Shown one piece after another: positions 13,770 to 25,880 of a DNA stretch of 64,000 nucleotides (position 1 is its first letter; every line of letters starts with the position of its first letter). The translations under genes and the position numbers were made by a program. Origin of the DNA: Hemiscyllium ocellatum (Eukaryota). The stretch spans positions 76,868,738 to 76,932,737 of the forward strand of contig NC_083419.1 in NCBI RefSeq assembly GCF_020745735.1, given 5' to 3'. The notes beneath the pieces were generated by a model. The model ran no database searches. It saw only the letters and a list, made by a program, of their open reading frames with translations, and was not told where the DNA came from.

Positions 13770-14468
13770 GAGAAGGCCATCTGACCCATGAGTCTGCTCT
13801 GCCTTTCAATAACATCATGGATCATCTTTCAATGGACTGAGACACCACCTACCCACCCGTTCACTATAACCCTTCCTTCCTTTACTGTTCAAAAATCTAT
13901 CTTCACCTCTAAAACATTCAACAGGTTAGACTCAGCTGCTTCACTGGGCAGGGTATTCCACAGATTCATAACGTTTTGGGTGAAGACGTTCATCCCCAAC
14001 TCAGTCCTAAATCTGTCGCCCGTATTTTGAGGTTCTACTTTCACCCACCAGTGGAAATAGCCTCCCTGCTTCTGTTTCATATATCCCATTTATAATTTTA
14101 CAACCCCCTCCCCCATTCTTCTAAATTCCAATGAGTATAGTCCCAGTCTGATCAATAACTCCTCATAAGCCAACCCCCTCATTTCCAGAATCAACGTAGT
14201 CAACCTCCTCAGCAAATCCCACCCCAGTGCCGTCTCATGTAAGGCGTTGAAAAGTGTACAGAGTACTCCAGGCGTGGGCATACCAGCGCTCTATACAGCT
14301 GCAGCAGAAAGTCCCAATTTGAAACTCTATCCACTGGCAATGAAGGACATTATTCCATTTGTCTTCCTAACTAGCTACTGTACTGGCAAACCATACTTTT
14401 GTGTTTCATGCACAAAAACGCCCAGGTCCCCATGCACAAATGCATTTTGTGATTTTTCACCATTTTAC
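13770..14468 (-). mobile_element. Old CR1 3' fragments
   Basis: GDRFRTELGMNVFTQNVMNLWNTLP and YEELLIRLGLYSLEFRRM on the minus strand. Confidence 0.8.
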
Positions 14469-15453
14469 TAGCGGTGTACCACAAGGATCTGTTTTGGGAC
14501 CATTGCTTTTTGTTATCTTTATAAATGATCTAGAGGAAGGACTTGAAAGCTGGGTAAGCAAGTTTGCGGATGACACAAAAGTCGGTGGAGTTGTGGATAG
14601 TGAGGAAGGAAGTGGTAGGTTACAGCGGGATACAGATAAGTTGCAGAGCTGGGCGGAAATGTGGCAAATGGAATTCAATGTAGCTAAGTGCGAAGTCGTT
14701 CACTTTGGTAGGAATAACAAGATGATGGATTACTGGGCTAATGGTAGGCTACTTGGTAGTGTGGATGAGCAGAGGGATCTTGGTGTCCATGTACACAGAT
14801 CTCTGAAAGTTGCCACCCAGATAAATAGTGCTGTGAGGAAGGCATATGGTGTACTGGGCTTTATTGGCAGAGGAATTGAGTTCCGGAGTCCTGAGGTCAT
14901 GTTGCAACTGTATAAGACTCTGGTGAGGCCTCATCTGGAGTATTGTGTGCAGTTTTGGTCGCCATACTATAGGAAGGATGTGGAAGCTTTAGAACGAGTG
15001 CAGAGGAGGTTTACCAGGATGTTGCCTGGAATGGTAGGAAAATCTTATGAGGAAAGGCTGAGGCACTTGGGGCTGTTCTCATTGGAGAAGAGAAGGTTTA
15101 GGGGAGATCTGATAGAAGTGTATAAGATGATTAGGGGTTTAGATAGGGTAGATACTAAGAACCTTTTACCGCTAATGGAGTCAGGTGTTACTAGGGGACA
15201 TAGCTTTAAATTAAGGGGTGGTAGGTATAGGACAGATGTTAGGGGTAGATACTTCACACAGCGGGTTGTGAGTTCATGGATTGCCCTGCCCGTATCAATG
15301 GTGAACTCCCCTTCTTTATGGTCATTTAAGCGGACATTGGATAGGCATTTAGAAGTTATTGGGCTAGTATAGGTTAGGTAGGATTCGGTCGGCGCAACAT
15401 CGAGGGCCGAAGGGCCTGTACTGCGCTGTATCCTTCTATGTTCTATGTTCTAT
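14469..15453 (+). mobile_element. Young 5'-truncated CR1/HER1 LINE with an uninterrupted RT C-terminal ORF
   Basis: About 300 codons without a stop (GVPQGSVLGPLLF, FADD, LERVQRRFTRML, RGDLIEVYKM; stop at 15372), 3' UTR GGGCCGAAGGGCCTGTACTGCGCTGTA and a (TTCTATG)n tail; nested in an older antisense CR1. Confidence 0.93.
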
Positions 15454-17330
15454 AGTAGTCCACTTTGTTATTATTCCTACCAAAATGGAATTCCTCACGT
15501 TCACTAACATTGTACTCCATCTGTCAGGCCCTTGCCCACTCCCTTAAACTTTCTATATCCTTTTGCATACTTTGCTCTGTCACTCATTTAAGTGTCTTCC
15601 GGGAACTACAGCACACTACACTTGAATCTCCAACTCGACGCAATCTATCTGAATTGTAAACAATTGCAGTCCCAACACTTGTAAACAATTGCAGTGTCAA
15701 CACGAAGCCCTGAGACACACCACACGCCATTGATTGCCAACTAGAAAAACGCTCATTTATCCCCACGTTTTGCACTCTGTTAGTTAACCAATCTTCTGTC
15801 CATGCTAATACATTGCCCTGAACACTGTCCATCTTATGCAGCAGCCGTCTGTGTAGCACCTTGCTGAATGTCTTTTGGAAATCCAGATACACCACTTTCA
15901 CCAGTTCCCCGTTGTCTGCCACACTCATTATGACCTCAAAGAATTTCAATAAATCAGTTAAACATGACCTGCCTTTCATGAACCCCTGCTTTATTAAATA
16001 AATGTGAGGTGTTGCATTTTTGTAAGGCAAACCAGGGCAGGACTTATACACTTAATGCCTGGGCCTTGGGCAGTGTGCTGAGCAAAGAAACCAAAAGGTG
16101 CAGATGCATCATTCCTTGAAAGTGGAGTTGCAGGTAGGCAGGGTGGGTGAAGAAGGCGTTTGGCATGCTTTCCTTCATTAGCCATAACATTAATTTGAAG
16201 GAGTCGAGATGTCATGTCTCAGCTGTACAGAATATTTATGAGGCCACGTTTAGAATTATTACAGACAAATCTGGCTTTGAAGGCTTTTGTGAAACTTGAG
16301 GTGATGCAAAAAAGATTTCCAAGAATGATGTTGGAACTGGAGTGTTTAAGGTATAAGGTGAGGCTGAATAGGCTGGGGCTCTTCTTTCCCCTGCAGCGAG
16401 AGGAAAGAAGTCTGACGAGTGGTCTGAACAAGACTTGTAAAATCATACGGGGCATTGATATGCTGAATATCCAAGGCCTTTTTCCTCGAGTGAGAGTGTC
16501 CAAAACTAGAAGACAGCGGATTAAGGTGAAAGGAGAAACGTTTGAAAAGAACCTGAGGGGTAACCTTTTAACGTGTATGTACGGAAAAATCTGCCAGTGG
16601 TAGTGGTTGAGGCGGGTTCAATTACTGCATTTAAAGTCACCTGGAAGGGTGTATGAACAGGTAACACACAGAGGAAAATAGGTCAAATGTTTGGCAAATA
16701 GTACTCTGTCAGATTGGGATATCTGGTCAGTGCAGTTGGACTGAAGGGTCTGTTTCTGTGCTGGATATTTGTATGACTATAATGTTTGTTAAAACTGAAA
16801 CAATGTCCTATTCTTACCACAGCTGGAATACTGGATTTTACTTGGGACTCATATCAAAGAAAAGGTACACTGGAATGTGAGACAATCCAGACGAGGTTTA
16901 GTCGACTGATCCTGAGGATGGATGGAGTGTCTTAAGAGTAGAGATTGAATCGTTTGGGCCTATACTCATTGGAACATAGAAGATACAGTGGTGACATTCT
17001 GAAACATCCATTATTTTCAGGAAACTTGATGGTGTAAATGCAGAAATGTTGCTTCCCCTTGTGGGAAAGTTTAGGACCAGGGAGTAGAATCTTTGAATTA
17101 GAGGTCACACATTTCAGGCAGAACAGAAATTGTCTCCAAGTATTTAGTGAATCTGTGGAATTCGTTTCCACAGAAGACTGTCGAGGTTGGGTCATTCAGT
17201 ATTTTAAAGGCTGAAATGGGCAGATTTTGATTTGGTAATTGAATCAATGCTTGCAGTTAAAACGCTGGAAAGTGGAGGTGAGGATTATCAGTTCAGCTAT
17301 GATGTAATTGTTTGGAAGACCAAACTCCAT
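15454..17330. mobile_element. Mosaic of older CR1 fragments on both strands
   Basis: QGFMKGRSCLTDLL...DFQKTFSKV (minus); YRIFMRPRLE and RLNRLGLF (plus). Confidence 0.75.
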
Positions 17331-19844
17331 TTGGTTGAACAGACTGTTTTCTGGTTCCATATCATTAACCTTTGCTCTAAGTTAGTCTTTTCAAATTTAT
17401 ATTGGGATCATTTAAATTAACCTCCATTTCATGTTTGAAGCCCAGCTGCTTCAAATCCTCCTCAAAATGAAAAAAAGACAGCGATCATATTTCTCCCTGT
17501 TTGATGGCATGGCATTCTGCCTCCAATGCAGTGACTACACTTGTAGACATATAGTCCTCCAGTTCTGCTGTGTATTTGTCAAACACAACCAAGGCTGTCA
17601 CAGAAAGTTTAAAGACAGATCAAAACTACATTTATACTAGAATATCAAACACACCATCGGCATCTGTTGCATGGAGTACACACATTGCATATTAAGGCTC
17701 TCTCAGCTCTCATCCATTAAACACTGTAAGGGTTGTTCATAGATGATTTGCGTATGTGTGTGTGTATGTCTGTGCCTGTAGATGATAATCTACTTGTATA
17801 ACAAAGTTTCGATGCATAATGTGGTTCCTTTTTTATTCTGCTGTCAAGCGTTTCAAAATCAGAAAGACAGTGGGTAGGAGTTCAAGCCCCTTTACACGAT
17901 TACATCAAATATGTTCCGTGATTGTACAGCTCATGTAATGTGCTGGGTAAATCTCCCTCTATATTCTGTTGTCCAATGCAATCATGTCAAATATATTTTG
18001 GTTTAGATACAGAGTAGTTCTGCATCCAGGATCCCCTAAAAAAAAACCCTCCCAGAGTAGGTACAACACGGATTCGATACAGAATAAATTGACCTCTACA
18101 ATATTAAACATTCCATGAGATGTGCAGTAAAGGTTAATTATAGACGAAATATGCATCGCTTTGAACCATTAAACATTCCTCAGACCAGAATAATACTGCT
18201 GAGTTACAATGAAAACCCGAACACAGTAATGTCTTGCAGCTTCATTCCTATCAAGTATTTCCCCATCACTCAATACTCAGACAGATTTTTGAGAAAATCT
18301 TGCTGTACTGACTCAAATCTCACTAAATAGATGGATGAATTTGGCTGAGAAGATATGTTAGTGAGGTGTTGGCTTCATGTGATTGAGGAAAACATTGTCC
18401 GATTGTGGAGACGCAAAACAAGGCATCAGATACAAAGAAAAAAGAGGGAAAGGCAGCAGAAGAGAGAAAAAGAGAGACAGAAATATTAGCTGTACCAATG
18501 TATCACTGTATTATAGTTTTTTTGACTAAATAAGACAATTGATACCTCTGTCATTCAACAATCGTACAAATTATGTATTAAAAAGTCCTAACATCAATTA
18601 GTATTGGAATCCATTGAGTTCTTTGCATTTTTTCCACAATTCGTGCTGCGTTTGTTGAGAAATATAAAGTGGGGTTTTGTTGTTCTGTAATCTATTCTGA
18701 GAATTCTATTTCTGTGTTTATTTACATAAATGCTTAATTGGTTTCAAAGAAGTGATGATGACAGAAAAGCCACAGGAACGAAGTGATTTATTGGTAAGTT
18801 TCAAATCGAAACAAGTTTATTTTAAGAATGTTGACCGTTTGCAGAAGTGAATAAAATTTTATGAAGGCGAATGCAACAGAATTTTTTATTGCTGAAAGGT
18901 AAACACAATTTAAAACTTTTATTTAAGTGAAAAATTCAGTTCTGATATTTCTGCAATTAAACTTCAATGTTGAACTGGATCTACGCTGAATGTCGCACTG
19001 ATTTATATTGTAGTCCGTTTAGACGGTGCAACATCACTCAAAGTGCGTTTTAGAATATTCGCGTGAAATACTTGAAATGACACCAGGAACTGCCGCAATA
19101 ATTGCATTGAATTGATATAGTTGTTGCGAGGTTTCATGATACGTATAACTTTCTGGTAAGGGTCAGCAATGAGTCCCTACCCGCAATTGCCCATTGAATA
19201 GCTTGCTAAAGCCACTTCAGAACACAGTCAGTTACTTCTCTTTGGGTCTGGAATCTCATTATCGGCCAGACCATGCCTTGCTATTCGTGAAACAGCTGTT
19301 TTTTATATTTTTCCATTGACTCGGGTTACTTGGTCAGCATTTGGCTTTCCGATTCCAGGATTTCTTTGAATTCAAATTTCACCCTGGGCAAATGATGGTA
19401 TTCCAAACACCGTCCAATCAGCATCAAACTGGAGTTAGGAAATAAATGGTCTCGTGATATCACCACTGTGATCCTAATGTTGGGAATGCACAGAAAGCGA
19501 TCACAAACAGAAATGTAATAAATCTAACACTTTACATCATGAACATTGGAGATCAATACTGCAAAGAACTCTCTTGCTGTTCACAGCAACATCACAGGAG
19601 ACTTTGCATCCAATCGTCAATCTAAAATCTGTATCGGACTCTGTCTGAAGAGCCTGGCTCACCTTAATTTGCATTTTTGACTTCTTCAAAATTAAGAATT
19701 TTGAATTATGAAAAAGTTCATCACGTGTCATAAGAAGGTGGTCATCAGCAACTTTTTGAAGACCTGCCATCTTGCTCGGCTAATTTTGGTTGCTCCTTCT
19801 TAAGAAGCTTTATTACAACTAATTGGTTTCTCAGTCGAGGCTGT

Positions 19845-20052
19845 GGTGTTGGAAATGTACAGCAGGTCACGCAGCATCTGAGGATCAGGAGCATCGACGT
19901 TTTGGGCATAAAGCCATCATTAGATTACCGATGATGTTGTTATGCCTGGAATGTTGATTCTCCTGCTCCTCGGATGCTGCCTGACCTGCTGTGCTTTTCC
20001 ACCACTACACTCACAACTCTGATCTCCAGCATCTGCAGTCCTCACTTTCTCC
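19845..20052. mobile_element. Penelope-derived hairpin element, diverged
   Basis: CAGCAGGTCACGCAGCATC arm and its reverse complement, with terminal CTCCAGCATCTGCAGTCCTCACTTTCTCC. Confidence 0.7.
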
Positions 20053-20356
20053 TGATTGGTTTCTTAGTAAGGTTTGGCACAGGAAAGGAACTCTCACCTT
20101 ATTGTTGAACGGGTAGGGAAGGCCAGTTAGGAAGTTCAGACGTCCTCCTCTGAACGACAATGCTAAACCATGAAACATGCTTCAATGCTTTGGTAGGTCA
20201 GTCATTATCGTTCATTATTCCAGTATTTTCATTTCATACTATTTCATTAATTGAAACTACCATGGTAAAGATTGATTCTGGAACTTTACACCAAACCTTT
20301 CGATTGCTTATTACATACTCATAATGCCTCCTCAACCACTTTATCAAACTGTCATG

Positions 20357-20625
20357 TTAGATTAGATTAGATTAGATTAGATTAGATTTACAGTGTGGAA
20401 ACAGGCCCTTCGGCCCAACAAGTCCACACCGACCCGCCGAAGCGCAACCCACCCATACCCCTACATTTACCTAACACTAGGGGCAATTTAGCTTGGCCAA
20501 TTCACCTGAACCGCACATCTTTGGACTGTGGGAGGAAACCGGAGCACCCGGAGGAAACCCACGCAGACACGGGGAGAACGTGCAAACTCCACACAGTCAG
20601 TCGCCTGAGTCGGGAATTGAACCCG
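20357..20625 (-). mobile_element. HE1-type SINE, 5'-truncated, long (TTAGA)n tail
   Basis: Close match to the other SINE copies. Confidence 0.9.
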
Positions 20626-20629
20626 CTTC

Positions 20630-22260
20630 AATGAGTTTTTTTTATTGACTCATGGAACAAGGTGGTTGCTTTTAGTTGTCTGTAGGTGTCCTTCAGAAGA
20701 TGGCAGAAAGCTGTTTTTCTGAAATAACCTGTTCCAAAATGCTCGAAGAAAGGGAATGCCAGATTTTGACCCAGTTACTGCAAAGGATCTATGATATATT
20801 TCCATCTCAGGATGCTGAGTGGCTTAAAGAGGAGCTTACAGTGGTACTGTTCCCATGTACCTGCTGCTCCTGTCCATCGAGATGCAAGTGGTAGTGGGAA
20901 GTGGCTAAGGAAGTGGCTACGTTACTGCAGGGTAATTTTTTTAGGTAGTGCAGGTATTAAGCATCAGATTTGGAGGCAATGGACGCTTGTGGATGTTCTG
21001 CTGATCAAGTGAGATGCTTTGTCCTTGACAATGCCTAGCTTCTTGAGTGCAGTTGAAGCTGCTCCTATCCAGTCAAGGGGCGAGCTGTACCATTACCCCC
21101 CACCCCCACCTCCCCCACCCCCCCGACTTCTGTCTTTTAGACAGTCTATTGGCTTTGCAAGTCAGGAGGGTGATTTACTTCTGGCCGGCTCTTACAACCG
21201 TTGTATTTATATGGAGTGTACAGCTCAATTTTTAATGAGCAATAAGACCCAGGATGTCGATGGTGAGGAATTCAGTGACGATAACATTATTGAATATCAA
21301 GGGATTTTGGTTAGATTGTCTCTTATTGACAATTGTCATTGTCTCGCAGTTTTGTGGTATGCATGCAATTTGCCAAGTGTCAGCTCAACTCTGGGCATTT
21401 TCCATATTTTGTTGTGTTTGAATGTGGACTGAGCAGTCACAAAAAAGTGCTAGATCAATGCAGATTTCTCTTCCGACCTTTTGATGGAGGGAAGGTCATT
21501 GCTGAAGCAGCTGAACATGATTGGGCCGAGGACACTTTCATTAGGAACTCCAACAGAGATTTGCTTTGGCTGAGACGACTGACCTCTAACAAGCAGAGCC
21601 ACATTCCAATGTGTGAGGTCTGACTACAGGCAGCAGGGAGTTTGTCGTCTAATACCCATTGAATCCAGTTTTGCTAGGACTCCATAAGTTCACACTGAAT
21701 GTGACCTTAATGTGAATGGCTGTCACTCTCCCCTCATTTCTTGAATTCAGTTCTTTGTTCCCCTTTAAATCTAGTCTGTAATTCAGTCATGAGCTGACTC
21801 GGCCTGGCACAACCCACATCTTATGTCAACGAGCAAGTTATTGCTGATCTAGTGCTGCTTTACAGCACATTCCTACACCTAACTCATAATTGAGCATAGA
21901 CTGATGGGAAAGTAATTCGCCAGTGCGGTTTAACCTATTTTCTGTGCATAGGACCTGCCTGGTCTATTTTCCACATTGTCCATGCCAGTGTTGTAGCTGT
22001 ACTGGCAGTGCCTGGCTAGCACATGTCATCAGTATTATTGCCAGAATTTTGTCAGATTCCATAGCATTTGCAGTAACCAGTGCCCCTTGCCGAACAGTGT
22101 CTTGATATCACATGGAGAGAAGCGAATTTCCTGAAGACAGGCATCTGTGATATTGGTGATCACTGGAAGATGCCGAGATGGATCATACAATTGGCACTTC
22201 TGGCTGAAGATTGCTTTGAATGCTTCAGCCTTAACTTTTGCGCTGATGTGTTATTCCTCC
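20630..22260 (-). mobile_element. CR1/L2-group LINE remnant, same family as 1468-2815
   Basis: Similar 3' end (TTTTTTTATTGACTCATGG) and shared internal blocks; heavily degenerate. Confidence 0.7.
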
Positions 22261-22400
22261 AATGAGTTGTTTAATACTCAACCATAATTCATGACTTGAA
22301 TAAATGGTCTTGCCACAATATTTCCAGACTATAATCCCCAACCTCCACTCCATGATGTGGATATGCACAACAAGAGATCGCTTATCCTTTGTATTTTATT

Positions 22401-22690
22401 TTAGATTACTTAGAGTCATAACCAGTGGCAACAGGCCCTTCGGCCCAACAAGTCCTCACCAATCCACCCATACCCCTACATTTACCCCTTACCTAACACT
22501 ACGGGCAATTTAGCATGGCCAATTCACCTGGTCCGCACATCTTTGGAGTGTGGGAGGAAACCGGAGCACCCGGCGGAAACCCACGCAGAACGTGCAAATT
22601 CCACACAGTCAGTTGCCTGAGTTGGGAATTGAACCCGGGTCTCAGGCGCTGTGAGACAGCAGTGCTAACCACTGTGCCATCGTGCCGCCC
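22401..22690 (-). mobile_element. HE1-type SINE, full length
   Basis: Ends in GTGCCATCGTGCCGCCC (the SINE 5' end); A and B boxes present. Confidence 0.9.
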
Positions 22691-22963
22691 ACTAGTGCTA
22701 GTGAGTGCTAGTGATGTGTAAATGACTAGATTTTGTAGATTACTACGGTGCATCGTATATTCGCTTAAATTGTTTGTCTCGAAAATGCTTTACTTCACAG
22801 ACTTCCGGATATAATGTTCTGTCTTCAATTCATCTCTCCGACAGGCAAGGTCATTGATGTCACACTGGCTTTCCTCCACATTAATTGCTAAACCAAACGT
22901 TTTTCACCTCATCTTTGAACTTACTGATCGAAATTGCTACATTCTTGACGAGATCGTTCATAT

Positions 22964-23119
22964 GGAGGAGAAAATGAGGTCTGCAGATGCTGGAGATCAG
23001 AGCTGAAAATGTGTTGCTGGAAAAGCGCTGCAGGTCAGGCAGCATCCAAGGAACAGGAGACTCGACGTTTTGTATTCCCGAAACGTCGAATCTCCTGTTC
23101 CTTGGCTGCTGCCTGACCT
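22964..23119. mobile_element. Penelope-derived hairpin element with a 14-bp flanking direct repeat
   Basis: GAGATCGTTCATAT at 22950-22963 and 23120-23133; internal inverted repeat around CGACGTTT...CCGAAACGTCG. Confidence 0.8.
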
Positions 23120-23284
23120 GAGATCGTTCATATACACTGCAAACAGCAAAGGATGCAGCACCAAGTCCCATAGTAAACCACTGGACACAAGATAGCTTCA
23201 CAAAGACTACCTTTGACCATTACCTTCTGCACCAAATAAACCATCTGCAACAGATCCCATGAGCCATTACCATATTGAAGATGT

Positions 23285-23431
23285 ATGATCTTAACAAAAA
23301 CGTGATTTAAGTCAATAAGCATTACATTCATTTTTTGCACTCGATGACACATCTCAATGATCTTAACAAAAACGTGATTTAAGTCAATAAGCATTACATT
23401 CATTTTTTGCACTCGATGACACATCTCAATG
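23285..23431. repeat. Perfect 72-bp tandem duplication inside a CR1 remnant
   Basis: GATCTTAACAAAAACGTG...CACATCTCAAT occurs twice with period 72. Confidence 0.95.
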
Positions 23432-24726
23432 CCTGTTCGGAAAACAGTATCAGCCATGTCCGATAAGATATCACTTCCGCCAAAGCCATGCTGCAATTTA
23501 TTGTTGAAACCTGACAATTCCAACTTTTAATCAATGCTGTTCCTTAGATTTATTTATTAACTTCAGTCAAGCTTTCTACTTTTAAACTTAGGTTTATGAG
23601 CGAAACTATGTTTTGTCATTTAGCTCCTTTCACCCGGTGATAACTTTTTTCATCTCTCTGACAGATAATTTACTCTAGCTGAAATAATCTTAAGTCACTT
23701 CTGTTTCATTCCAGAAAATGGGAATGGAATTGAATACAATGTTGAGGCCAACAGCAATCTGTCCGTTTGGTCTTGATGCTGTCAGTGTATGTTCACTCTC
23801 AGAGGCAGGAAGACTTTGTGCTGATAATACGGAAAGTCGCGCCTGGTGTATCATTCTCAGCTGGCGCATAACTTCCTGTTTCTATGTGCCAGCAGCAAGT
23901 CACACATTTCACTTCTGATCTGAAAATCAACGCAGGGGATGCAATCCGGCGGAAACATCTGCCGATGTAGACTACATCAGGACACAGCGTGTGAAGCGAT
24001 CGCATTGAAGTGACATTTGCAAATCAACCTTTCGATCTCTGTTTCACTGTCTGATTCCAGAATGCCATTGGACGAGTCTCTCGAACATCTAACAAGCTCA
24101 GTAGATTCACTGACGTCTGGAACATATCAACTACACCTTATCATGTTTTTGATCTTGTACTTCTTGTTACTCTTTCTTCAGATTTAATGTTCCCAGTATT
24201 AGATTCTGTCTTCTGTATCTATCATCTCCCCAGCTGAATACATTCTGTTTGATCTATTTCCTAGATTTTGATCAACTTAAACAAATGATACAGTTTTGTA
24301 CAGACAGGTATGTCGGTGTATCAGATTAACAGAATCAATATATGGAGAGACCACATTGTCACAATATATGGAGAGATCAGTGACATTGAATTCAAATAAA
24401 GCACAGCACTGTATGGTTTCAAACTTTGCAAATCCTCTCTCTTTGAAAGAGCTTATCCTAACGGATAATTATTTTCTTGATTCTTTCTGAAACTATGACT
24501 AAAAATCCTTATCTTTAACAAAGTTTCAAATATTATTAGAGGTTGCAGCACTGGCATTTCCTACAGTGAGCTTTGTGGTGTTTAACTGTTCTGGTCAAAA
24601 AGAAGACTTAAGCAATGGTTTCTCCGAGTTCCCAGCCATTGCCCATGCAGTTCCATAATAATTACAAGCTGTTGATAAACCCCAAAATGAACAGAATGTC
24701 CCGACCCTGTACACATTCAAACGTCA

Positions 24727-25880
24727 TGATGTAGGCCTCGAAGCTCTCCGTTTCTTCCTGTCATGCCAACCCAAACATTACAGTTCCACTTCCACTCTCA
24801 TTTGCTTGGCTCCACTGCTCAAACCTCAACTACATTCCCTTTCAATCCTCCCACTTCCTCCAAACCAAAAGGGTAGCTATGGGCACCAGCTATGTCTGCC
24901 TCTTCGTCAGATATGTGGAACAGTAAATCTTCCACGGCTACAACGGCATCATTGCCCACCTTTAACTCTGCTACATGGATGATTGTATCAACGCCACCTC
25001 ATGCTACCACTAGGAGGTTGAACAGTTCATCAACTTCACTAAAAACCTTCCACCCTGACATAAACTTCACAGGGACCATCTCGGACACCTCCCTCCCTTT
25101 CCTAGACCTCTCCACGTCTATCTGCAGTGACCGACTAAACATTTACTGCAAGCCCAATGACTCCCACAGCTACCTGGAATACTCCTCCTCCCATCCGATC
25201 TACTGAAAAAATGCTATCCGTTATTATCAATTCCTCTGCTCAAAGGAGGACTAGTTCCACCATAAAACATTTCAGATAAACTCCTTTTTCAAAGACAGCA
25301 ATTTCCCCTCCCACATGGTTGACGATGCAATTGAACCCCACTCCTACAATCGCAATAGGGAGCCCTCTGTTCCTTACCTCTCACCGCTTCAACCTCGCAT
25401 ACATCATATCATCCTCCACTGCTTCCAGCAGCTGCAAACAGATCCCATCACTCGGGGTAAATTTCCCTCCCTACCCCTATCTGAATTCTGGAGATACCAT
25501 TCCCTCTGCGACTCCCTCTTCAGGTCCACGCCAAACATCCCCCCTCCCCACCACCGTCCCACTTCCCACCCCATCTCCTTCCCTTGCCACCACAGGAATT
25601 GCAAAACCTGCGCCCACTCACCTCCAACAAGGCCCTAAATGATCATTCTACATCACAGAGAAGTTTACCTATATTTCCACAAATGTCACCCACTGTGTCT
25701 GTTCCACTTGGTGTGGTCTCCTCTACATCAGGGAGGCAGGGCATTAAGTTGCGGATCATTTCAGAGAACATCTCTGAGACACCTGTTTCAAACAACTCCA
25801 TGACCCCGTGACTGAACACTTTAACTCCCTCTCCCAATGCACTAAGGACCGGCTGGTCATATTCTTGCTCAATTCCAATG
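24727..25880 (+). mobile_element. Penelope-like retroelement remnant (RT and GIY-YIG endonuclease)
   Basis: Degenerate VAMGT.SYVCLFV.YVEQ and YMDDC RT motifs, YCKPNDSHSYLEY, then FTYISTNV...CGLLYI...DHFREHL. Confidence 0.85.

Noticed and set aside
18730-19160. Possible micro-exons ending in GTAAGT/GTAAGG donors
   Set aside because: No coherent reading frame or recognisable product; cannot be supported from sequence alone.
23347-23375. Cryptic RSS at the duplication junction (CACATCT-11-ACAAAAACG)
   Set aside because: The heptamer is poor, the spacer is 11 nt and no coding segment is adjacent.
23881-23930. TGTGCCAGCAGC (CASS) followed by CACACAT, resembling a TCR V-beta end with an RSS
   Set aside because: The upstream frame has no Ig-V hallmarks (no first Cys, Trp or D-x-x-x-Y-x-C), and the heptamer and nonamer match poorly.
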